Assembly (NCBI RefSeq): GCF_003704095.1
Contig: NW_020843495.1
Coordinates: 124,001-188,000 of the forward strand
Direction: 5' to 3'
DNA: 64,000 bases
DNA from: Pocillopora damicornis
Lineage: Eukaryota
In this document: piece by piece, positions 47,917-59,900 of the stretch
Numbering within the stretch: the stretch's first letter is position 1
Layout: each line of letters begins with the position of its first letter
Notes under the pieces: model-generated
Databases searched by the model: none
The model's input: only the letters and a program-made list of their open reading frames with translations
Told to the model about the DNA's origin: nothing
Program-made: the position numbers and the translations under genes

Positions 47917-50900
47917 ATGTCTTACAACGCTGAAAAACCGGAAGGGGACTCAGATGTCCCTGATACAAGAGCTGGTGGATTTTTTTCTAGTGATTTTCAA
48001 AGGTAACTTTCGTCCTTTCTGTATGATTTGCACCAACCTGATCGATGTCCCTTACTTTCACGAGCTTTCGATTTCCAGAGGTCATCAAAATCTCAACTTT
48101 TATTACAGACACGATGATTTGAAAAATATGTTAGACAGTACAAAGGATAGTCTTAAACTGGACGCGATGAAAAGGATTGTTGGGGTAAGTTTTCATCTTT
48201 ATCAAGGTTTGACAGGCTTGATAGCGGAATTCGAACACTGGATCAGTATGTGTAAATCTAGGAGCACGACAAACGTTATTACGATTTCTACCTTTTGGTG
48301 CTCTAGTTTTCAAGTAATTGAACTTAGATTTTTTCTTAGATTTTTTCTGTTTTATAGTCTTGTGATGCTAACTAGAATAGGTCAAAAGCAGTACGTTTAT
48401 GTATTTAACCTCAGCTCATTTCTTTATGGATTTGTAGACACCTGAGCCAAAGAATTTACTGACATTAGTATTGTATTAGTATTAGTATTGTATTAGTATT
48501 AGTCAAAAAAACTGATAAACTCTTATTTTTTTCCCCTTAAATAGAAGATAAAAATTCAGAACTACACTCAATACATCTCAACCAACTTTAAAAAAAATGA
48601 AGATTTTCTGCAGTTTTGTTCATTACAGCTGCCATGCTTTAACACTATCCTCTTAGACACTAAATGTACTCTAATTGGTCAAACACTTATCATTCATTGT
48701 ACCAATACACCCATAGTTGTTTTGTAATAGTAATTATCTACCTTTTTTCTTGGTTTATGGTCCATTACAGCCAAAGTCCCAAGGGATTTTTGTAGATGAT
48801 ACAAAAACATCACTCACAGCTAACTCCCAAGGGTTAAATTAAAAGTAGTGAAGAAAAAAGGGGGAACAGTAGGGATCATTAAAATTGAAATAAGCACCTC
48901 TTTATACAGTTACTCTCAAAGCATTCAGTTTAAATATGTGAAATAATATAATTATGGTGGCAGTCATGAAACACCCTTTTATTCGTGGATGGAGAAGTTC
49001 TTAGACATAGTTTTTGAGGTCTTGGGTTATCTCTTCTCATAATACTATACTGAAGTAATGACCTACAAATTCAATAAATTTGTAAATCCTTAAGGAAAGT
49101 TAAACAAATTTACCAGTCTCTCTTGTGTTTTCCAAACATCCCACTTAGGTTAGTACCCTGATAAACTGATAAAATGTTGCAATGGTAGTACCTTGACCTT
49201 AGGTTGTTGTTGAATAATCAAGTAAAGCTAGTAATGTGCTCGAGTCATTCAAGATGATTTGTGACTAGTTCTAAAGAAACTAATGTCAAAGGTATATTGC
49301 TGGTAAATATAAAATATAGTTGGTTGATTATTAACTATAAGTTCCATTGTTAGCCGCAGATATCTGCAGTAGCTTTCTATGAGAGAGACCTTATACTCAA
49401 AATTTCATTTCTCTGTCTATAGTGTGGAAGTTATTTCACATTAAGTACATTCAAGTTGATAATTGTCAAAGTCATTTAAGATAGATTGGCATGCTATCTG
49501 GGATAAGAACAATACTTTCAGACACTTCATGCTAGGGATTTGTGACAAGTTCTTTCACCCATTAGGTCTCTGAGGAGTTACTTAGCAACCTATAAGTCAG
49601 TTACAACCTTTTTTGATCGCAGATGATGGCTGATGGGAGAGATGTATCAGACCTTTTTGCTGCAGTGGTTAAGAATGTTGTCTCTAAAAATGTTGAAGTA
49701 AGTGATTTGTTTTTTGTTATTTAAGAGAGCATTGCTGAAATGTCAGCATTAACTGATATTTTTTCTCCCAATATCTTGTTTGGATTTAGACAGTAACAGG
49801 GATTCTGACATAAGTTATGCTCTCTGACACAACATTTTTTTTTATTTTGGCAGGTCAAAAAGCTGGTTTACTTGTACCTCGTCAGATATGCTGAAGAACA
49901 ACAAGACTTAGCTCTCCTCTCTATAAGCACATTTCAGAAAGGACTGAAGGTTGGTCAGATCCATGTAAATAAGCAAATACTGTAGATGATATATTGGATT
50001 ATACCTGAATGAGAATACCCAGAAAGTGTGCTTGTCCAGACTGCTCTATAGCTATAAACCTCCCTGTAACCTCTGTAATGCTAATCAATACTCAGATTTG
50101 TCTTGGAGGTATGACCATAATCACCAAGAAAACTGCTAACTCTAGGTATTTTTAGCTCTAAGTATTTTTAACTCTAGCTTTTTTTCAGAGAAGTCACTCT
50201 CAGTCCCGTAATGTGAGGTACTAGTAATCAACTGAAGAAAGGCAGATCCTGTCACTTTCACCTGTTTTTACATCACAATAATTTTGTCATCTTTGCCTCT
50301 TAATGCTCAGGATCCAAACCAACTTATCCGTGGAAGTGCTTTACGGGTTTTGTCAAGTATCAGAGTTCCTGTTATTGCACCAATCATGATGCTAGCAATA
50401 AAAGAAGTAAGTGAATGCAAAGATTGTAATAACTGTCCTAAGCTACTGGTGGACAACTATTTTTTTCACTTTCTGTTCAATTAGCGGCGCTTTTGGAAAG
50501 GCTGATCCCATAGTGAGAAATCCACAATAGCCATGATATTACTATTGGGGTCTGAATTATACTTATCAGGAATATTAGGAGACTAAGAAATGTATAACTC
50601 TTTCCAGGGAGTTGCAGATATGTCACCTTATGTTCGGAAAACTGCTGCTCATGCCATTCCCAAACTTTACAGGTATGCTATTCTTTATGTTTTGTGGTAA
50701 CCCAGTCACACATTCTTATTCTCCCACATTAAGCAAAAAAATTATGACCACAGATCCTGGAGAAAAAAAAACTACCCAAGGTTTAAGTCCCACCTCCTCC
50801 CTTTTTTAATGGTCCATTTCAAATTTTGATGATGTCTACTTCATAGTCCAGCATCCCTTGTGAGTTGGGCACAACTTCTGTCTGAGCTACAAAGCTACTT

Positions 50901-53900
50901 TGTTGGGACAGAGGAAAATTTTAGGGTGTTCTTTGTTCTGTGACAAAATTTACCCTCAGTAATGAAATAAGTCATATTTTGACCTTCAGAAGAAGCAAAT
51001 TCAGGCTTTTTTCATGACAAGTTTCCTCTATAGGAACAAAAGACCTGCCAAAGATTTGCTCTTAACATGTAGCTGCACCTGAGAGGAATGGGGACAAAAC
51101 TTGTTAAAGTTTATCTACAGTTTCTCTAATTGCAGGTCATCTGCAAGGATTTTACTTCTTACATATGATTTATTTAATTTGTTTTGTTTTGTTTCATTTG
51201 CTTAGAGGTATTTTGTTAAGCATGAATTGTAATTGTAATTGCATTTCTTTCCCTCTTGTAATTTGGTTGAATCATCAATAGAAACCAAAAGATTAACCAG
51301 AAAAAATTATACTTTTCTAGTTTGGATCCTGAACAAAAAGACTGTCTTATTGAAGTTATAGAGAAACTATTGAAAGACAAGACAACGGTAAGGATTGAAC
51401 AATCACCCAGAGTGATCATTGCCATGTTTTCTTTTCCAGTTGGCCTGGTGTCTTACATTTGTTCATATATGACAGGCTGCATTTCAATTCTGGTTATAGT
51501 AATGTTATCACATTGTTTAACAGCTTGTTGCAGGCAGTGCTGTTATGGCTTTTGAGGATGTTTGCCCAGAGAGAATAGATTTGATACACAAAAACTACCG
51601 CAAATTGTGTAACTTGTTGATAGACATTGACGAGTGGGGTCAAGTTGCTGTCATCCATATGCTCACAAGATATGCCCGATCACAATTTATTGACCCAAAC
51701 AAAGAGGTGAGGTTGTCTGCCTGGATTGCAAGAACTACAGGTCAGATAAATTTTTTTACAAGTAAGGTATTGATTTAATAAACTTTTGTTTAGCCCTCAT
51801 CAGAGGAAGCCTTCTATCCCCAATCTGATGATTCTGATGATGATTCTGATGATGATGAATCCAGAAAGGAACCAAAGAAGCAGACTTACATGATGGATCC
51901 TGATCATCGCCTTCTGTTGAGGACATGTAAGCCACTTCTTCAGAGCAGGAATGCAGCAGTAAGTTGCCATCTGAATAATGAAATAATGAAACTTACAGTT
52001 TGTAATAACAAGTTAAAATGATGAACAGCATTCCTTGTGGCAGAACTAGCCAGTTATCCATGATTGTGGATACTTATTTGATCTACTGTTTATCATTAAC
52101 AGGTGGTGATGGCAGTAGCAAGAGTGTATCATCATTTAGCACCCACAAATGAAGTTGGAATTGTGGCACGTTCCTTAGTCAGACTCCTTAGAAGTCACAG
52201 GTAGGAATGTGTTTACAACCATTTACCAACATAGTAAGCTAGAGTAATGTGTCATGTGTTAAGACACACTAACTTTGAAGATATACCTTTATTACATCAC
52301 AAGATATCACAAAGAGAAAAAAATACATTTAAAATTGTTGACAAAAGTTGTCCTTCTAGTCTGGAAAAATGGGACTTTTAGTGATTAAAACATTTCTGGT
52401 TGAAGATTTGAAAGTTTGTGACGATGAATTTTGTTGCACATTAAATCTATCTTGAAACAATTGAAGAGTTAAAGCTGAAGAGGGACTTAAAAGAGTGTTT
52501 CTAAACTACTAAGCCACTAAAATTCATTTGATTTTTCACACATTTGAAATAGTTAATTTTACAGTCATGTTTTTTTTTTCTCTTCTAGGGAGGTCCAAAG
52601 TGTTGTCCTCAGTAATATTGCAACAATGTCTTTCACAAGAAAGGTAGAGAGTGAATAGCATCTTATTTCTACTTTCAATATTCCCCCTGAGTCACACATA
52701 AAGGTCACAAGAATAAAAGAAATTATCGCCGACTTAGGAAGCTCTTGATTGTTAAACAAATTCTCCTTTAAAGCACCTGAGGAGATGTATAGAGAAAAGT
52801 ATGAAGAATAGACATACTGATGTTAAGGTGTAAAGGGTGAATGGCTCTCTCATGTTTAATGCTTAGTTAAAGTGATGGTGACAAAGTAGTAAATATATTT
52901 TTTTACAAAAAGTGCTTTTGCTAAAAGGCTGTGATTGGGTTGCAGAAAGCAGCTTGAATAATGTTTATTGTTGGACCTTGTTGATTGGGTAGTATTGCTA
53001 AAAATTAGTTTTTCAGCAATTGTATTTATAGTAAAAATTCTGATCAATTCATTATTTAATTTTTTTAATCATCTAATACCCATAATCAATTTTTCCAACA
53101 TAAATTTTTTAACATTAATTAGTCAATGGATAATTTTTTTGCAGGGAATGTTTGAGCCATACCTGAAAGGATTCTTTGTCCATTCAAGTGATCCAACACA
53201 CATCCGTTTATTAAAGGTAAATTATTCAGGTTACTCATGATAGAAGTAATTTTGAGATTTTTAATGAATGGACATCAAATGGGTTGTTTGTATGTTTTTT
53301 AAGTGTATGACACCCTGTCATATGATGTCACTCTTTCAGTGTCTGTAAGTAATTTATAAGAATAAAGCTAATTTTCATGACTCCTCATGGCTTCCTTTCA
53401 AAATCTTGGGTAATGAAAAATGGGGAGGAATTTCAGGTTTTCTCTAAGATCATTATCATCATGTAATCAAACCAAATCCTTACTAAGTTTTTACCTGTCC
53501 TGTGTGTGGGTGATTTTAATTATTTTCTTGTTTTCATTGTAGCTAGAAGTTATGACAAATATTGCTGGAGAGACAAGTATTGGCACAATACTTAGAGAGT
53601 TCCAAGTATGAGATGATGTTTTTTTTAAGTATAACTTCAAAATATTTCATGTGCAGTAACTGGTGTCTATTTTATCTTCTGTGTGTGTGTTGAGGCAGTG
53701 ACAGCCTATGTTAAGTTGTCTCCACTCTGCTATGTGCTGGAATTGTTCTTTGTCTTCAATGTCCACTTTCATGGCTATTCTCTATATATAGATAGCTAAT
53801 TGGTCTTACTAGTTATTTCTAGGTGGGATTTTAAGTAACTTGGATTTTATTTTGAAATTTGTTTCTCTGTTCATTTTTGTTCGCTGTTAACCATTGAATA

Positions 53901-56900
53901 AGTAATCCTTCATACCACTATGAGCACTGATGTCAAAAGTGGTTGGAAGGTTACAAGGCTAACTCTTGTTTGAAGGCCTTCTCTCATGCTCATAACAATA
54001 CTATTATTACGATTCAACTGAGCCACTGAATTTACCATCTTTTTGATCAATGTGAATCAAATTTATTTATGAATTTTTTCTTTTAGAGCTATATATCCAG
54101 TCCAGATAAGCAGTTTGTAGCTTCAACAATTCAAGCCATTGGGCGATGTGCCTCAAACATTTCTGAAGTTACAGAGACTTGCTTAGCTGGCCTGGTGCGA
54201 CTGCTTTCTAACAGAGATGGTACATAAAAATTTTAAGTTGGCTGCATGTAAACCTTAGTTGTACTTGTATTAACCNNNNNNNNNNNNNNNNNNNNNNNNN
54301 NNNNNNTAACCTCAACACCAGCTTAGAAACCAAGCTTCAAACATTATTCTTAAAAAAATTAACATGAAAATTTCTGGTAGGTGTAACTTGCAGGCTGATG
54401 ATTCTTGAAAAGATCATTCATTCTTGTTAAATATATTCTGTTAACAGAGGTAGTGGTAGCAGAGAGTGTAGTGGTCATCAAAAAACTTCTACAGCTTAAG
54501 GTAATTATGAAATTATATATTAAATTATTTTTATTATGATCATCAAAGTTACACCAGTTCATAATTTGTGTAATTTTATGTTTTAAATGCAATGATTTTT
54601 AAAAAAAATTAATTTTAGTGGACCTGCTGTTTATTATTGGTGATACCCCTTTATTTTTATTTTTTTTCACAGCCTAAGGGGAATTCAGAGATCATCATGC
54701 ATATGGCAAAATTAGTAGATACCATCACGGTTAGTGTACACGTATGCAAGTCACTGTCACTACTTCCAATCTTATACCCCATTCACACCAAAGCCTAAAC
54801 ATGTTTTAAAACTGTTTTGTTAAACATGGTTTAAAATTTTTTATGATGTTGGTGGACTTCAAATGTAGCATCTGAAAATACAAGATAGCAATTACTTGGA
54901 TCTAAGAGTCAGTTTTTAATTCTCTGTTTCTGATGTTTTGCTGGTGTGAATGGGTTATAAGCTACTACATTTTTCAGCTTTAACAACTTTGTAAAACTCT
55001 TAACGAATTTCAAGCTCATGGCAAACAAAGTCAATTTTGGACACAAATCTTTGAATAAGTTCTCAGTTAATCCTGAAGTATGAGCAAGGTTCTTTTCTCT
55101 TTGTTTGTAGCTTTGTCTTAGCATTTCATATTTTAAATAGGTTCCAATGGCCAGAGCAAGTATTCTGTGGTTATTAGGAGAATATTGTGAAAGAGTGCCA
55201 AAGGTAGCACCAGATGTTTTGAGGAAAATGGCAAAAATATTTGGATCAGAGGTAAGGTATACCTGGTACTGCATGATTTTACATGAGCTTCAGGTAAATA
55301 GATTGAGAGTGACCTTAACCCTCACAGTCATTGAAAATATACTATGGTTACAGTAAGTGATTGTATAACAAAGGCTTGTTGAGTAGATGAATAAGAACTG
55401 TAGACTGAAAGTCCTTTTTTAACTGGGACTGCAGACCTGTGCCACTAAGAGAATGTTTTGAACACAACATGATATGAATTCAAATACATTATATAGATTA
55501 CTTGACTGTATTTTCATCACTGCAGGAAGACATTGTCAAGTTACAAATTTTGAATTTAGCTGCAAAGCTCTTCATAACAAACCCTAAACAGGTATGTACA
55601 CATGTAGTACATTTACTTACTATGTGTTTATTTATTCAGATGCTTATTCCATGTATCTCAGAGTTTGACTTGTAGTCTTTTGGGAGAGGTTGATAGGGGT
55701 CATTATGTTTTGCTCTTGAGAAAGACTTTGGATCAATGATGTGTATAAAGAAACATTAAAAATGGTATACTGTCAATAGCCTATTAGAAAGTCTTAGATC
55801 CAGCAACTCTGGAGAAAGAAAAATTCTTTACTTCATATTTTGAATAAAATTTATATGATGATTACCCCTAACCCAGGAACATAACTTTCTTTAACATTTG
55901 TTTTTAATCCATTTCAGACAAAACTTCTTGGTCAGTATGTACTGAACCTTGCAAAATATGACCAGAGTTATGATGTCAGAGACCGAGCTAGGTTTCTACG
56001 GCAACTGCTTATTCCAAGTGATACGGTGAGCCTGTGATCTCCAAATCCTGAGATTCTCTTTTCCTTCAACTGTTATTTAGAAAAGTTTGTCTGAGACCTT
56101 ATGTTTGAATGTTACAAATTTATTTCACATTCATATTTGCTAGTCAGCTCATTCTATCATCTAAATTATTATAAATGAATGGAAGTGTGTGTACAAGATG
56201 TTATTAACAAAATTTAGAGGGGAATTGGTCAATGCATTTGTAGCAAGGAAGTGCAAGTGTGAATTAATACCAGTGACAAAAATGCATATGAACACAGATG
56301 TTAAAAATTATGTTTTTCCAGTCTATTTATCTACAGAACTCTTAAAAAACCAGCTGTTAATCAATTTTGCTTTCCACACTTTGTAGGGAGGTCATCTAAG
56401 TAAACATGTGAAGAAAATTTTCTTGGCTTCAAAACCACCCCCAATTATACAATCAGTGTTTAAAGGTGAGGTTTATTATTAATCATGTCAAAGTAACACA
56501 GTATATACAGCTGTAAGGTATTGGGCAAATTAAAGGGAAAATTTGTATGGTTGAAACATGTTGATTTCCTAGATTTGTTATACCCCTTATATTCCATTTT
56601 GCCATATTAGGGCGATGGAACATGCAAAATATGCCACAGTTTTACAGTGTAGAACAGAGCAAAAATATGGAAAGTCTTTGAAGTTATCTATGCTTCAAAC
56701 TCATTTGTGTTTGCTTAACTTTTCAACTTGCATTCTTTTCAGATCGCCAAGGGTTTCAGGTTGGCTCTTTGTCTCATATGATGAACCTTAAAGCTAATGG
56801 TTATCAGGAATTACCTCAGTTTCCAGAGGTTGCTCCAGATCCTTCTGTCAGAAATGTAGAAGTGAGTATTAGATGCAGTTAGCTTGATGTTGCACCAACA

Positions 56901-59900
56901 CTCCCCCACACTACTTCCCCATACTGTACCTCTATGTCTGCTACTCATTTTCTGGAGGGCTAACTGACTATGAAAATATTGTTACTGCTTTGAAGATTGA
57001 GCCAGTATGGGGAACAAGCTCTAGGAAGAAAACTGGTAAAGCAAAGAAAACTTCTTTTTACTCGGAGTCAGAGACAGAATCAGGCTCAGAATCAGGTATG
57101 AAAGGTGTTGTATTCTATTTTGTATTACTATTTGTGAAAAAGATGTCAGTTTTAGTTTGAATAGCTCCCAGAATAACAAGACTGGTGGATACAACTTATT
57201 ATCCAAATTCCGAGACAGTTACAACTTTTTGATACTTGAATTCAGCTTTTTATTGACAATAACTGACAGGTCCATGCCTCAACCTGCATTTATCAAGACA
57301 TAAATCACTTACTAGAAAATTTGGAGAAATAGAAAGATATGCAAGAGTTTTTTAGAGGTGTAAGTAAGAGAAACTACCTCAAGTGCTACATATGTGAATA
57401 AACACAAATTTGACATGAGCAAATTATTTCAAGGCATGGTTTGAATGTTGTGTAAAGAGCAGTTATTTATGCTATGCTCTGTCAGAGCAAAAGGATGAAA
57501 AGCTCTGACGAAGGGCTAATGCTCGAAACATTGGCTTTGAAACTCTTTACGGTGGCCAATTTACATTATCAACTCAGTTGATGAAACCAAGTTTATCTTG
57601 CTATAACTCCCCCAATAATGCAGCTCAACAGTTTCTTTAGAAACTTACCCTCTCGAACAATGAAGCTAGTTCACTTTTTTTTCTAATATGTTTTAATTTG
57701 ATGTTTCTGTTAATTTTTGTGGTGGGCGTCTTCTAGAAACTGATTGATTGAAAAGCTTTGCACTAAGACTTTACTCTAATGTATATCACTCTAACCAATT
57801 TCTTTTCCTTTTTTTTTTTCCCATGTTTGTGCTTGATTTAAAAGCAATTGTATTTTGTTCAAGAGATTTACCTTCATGGATAAAGATTTTTTGGGTACAT
57901 GTACAGCCATAGAAGATAGAAATGGGGATTTCTCAAAGTCACTTCTTGGATTAAGGTTAATTTTTTTACTGTTAAATATCAGAGAGTGACAGTGAGGAAG
58001 AGAGTGGAAGCAGCAGTGGTTCAGAAGAGGATGAAGATGAGGATCAGAGCAAGACAGAATCAGAGGCATCTACTAAGGGTACTGGTTACAATATTCCTCA
58101 AATGAGATCATGTGCATAAGTAATGGTTATTCACAGAGATTCAGGTCTGATAGCACATAACTCATGTGGTCCACAGAGAGACTTATCAAGGCCTATGTCC
58201 TATGGGATATTTGGGAAAAAATTATAAGGACATATGGTACTTAAGGAAAAATTAAATGGTATAAGAGATATTTACATTAGAGATTCTGGGATATCAAACT
58301 GAAATTATAGGGAAACTATCCACAGGAATAAATGGATACAGGATATTTAGGCCAAAAATTGATAGAATATGGGATACTCAGACCCCCCTCCCTCCCCTCA
58401 ATAGGGCCTCTCTCCTGCAGATACCACAAATCAAACATCAAATAACTTGCAACATGGACCTAAAAACTCTGAAAAAAAGACTCTGAAAGCATTTAATTTT
58501 TGCATGCTTCTTCTTATCAGGTGATAGTGAGGAGGAGAGTGATGCAAGTGAAAGTGAGGAGAAGTCATCTTCAGAGTCAGAGACAGATGAAAGCAGTGAA
58601 AACAGCTCAGATATTTCATCTGAAGATGAGAAGGTTACCTTCAATCATATGTTACACTGTTGTTTTTTTTTATGGTTAAAAACCATACTTGTAACTCTCA
58701 AAGCAGTTAAGCCCTGGTCAGACAGTCTAGCTCTAGTCTGACAAAGGTCATGGTGTTTTAATTTGTATTTTAGTTTTTTGAGATGAATTTCAAAAAATGA
58801 ACTGTCAAATGAAACTATGATACAAACCACACTAAAGACTTGGGGAATGGGGAAGTAAACCACATGCTGGAAAAAACATTGAATATGGTTGGAGTTTTGT
58901 CGGAGTGGAAAAAGTCATTACCATTTCTTATAGAGAACATGAGGGTAAATTTTAGCTATGTGTTAGGCTCATGTCAGCAGATCCTTTGTACTTGCATATA
59001 TAGAAAGATTTAAAATGCTTAAGCAAGCTTTTTTAGTTGAAGAGGGATTTTGCATCCCATTCTATTTTAGATTCCAGTAAAGAAACCTAAGACACCAGTT
59101 AAGATTACCAAGCAAGAAAAATCACCCCAAGGAAAACCAGCTTCAGACAAGGGCAACGCATTATTGATTCTCGATGACTGTAAGTACAACCCACAGACTC
59201 TCTAACTAAACAGGACATGGTTGATATAAATCATTTTATATCTGAAGAGTAGATATTTAGAAAATTTTCTGTTTTGTGGGTATATCAGTAGTGTTATCCT
59301 TCAATCAAGTAAATGATGGTATGATTTTTGTTGCAGTAAATGAACCAGTGACTTCCAGTGTAGGTTCAAGTTCCAGTAACATAATGTCACCAAGTCTTGC
59401 TTCTGAGATCGAATCTTTATCATTTTCAAATGATGCACCTACTGTCGTTGCCCCAGTAAGTGAAGATACTGTGTTAAAGATCATATCTTTGTTTAACATT
59501 TATATGATGAGCAAAATCTTTTCACAAGTCCCCATCCAGGCGATATTTTTCATATATTGTATTAAGTTGCAAGTCCGATGTGCAGGAAACAGAACTCAAA
59601 GTCTCATTGAAAAGGCATTGTAGACTTAAGCCCTGAAACTTTATTTCCCTCTTTCAGATTTTTTAATTGCACACTTTACGAAGCAGTGTGGTTCTTAAAT
59701 TTCTTAGAGTCACAAAATAATTTTATTTTTTCTTTTAACAGCTTAGTCCAAGTTTTTCATCTGCAAAATCACACGAGCTTCTCCATCGCATGCAGGGCAA
59801 AGGACTCAGTGGCAGTTACAAATTTACAAGAGGTCCTTGCATTTACTCCACATCCATGGTAGCTGTGGAAGTAACACTGGTCAACAACTCTGAAGCTCCC

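Noticed and set aside
50825-50885. C/D-box snoRNA candidate in an AP3B intron (TGATGA...CTGA)
   Set aside because: No terminal stem and no recognisable rRNA-complementary guide; such motifs occur by chance in AT-rich DNA.
54270-54312. Interstitial telomeric repeat suggested by ttaacc[N]taacc
   Set aside because: Only single partial units flank the gap; it could equally be a MITE end or an overlap artefact.
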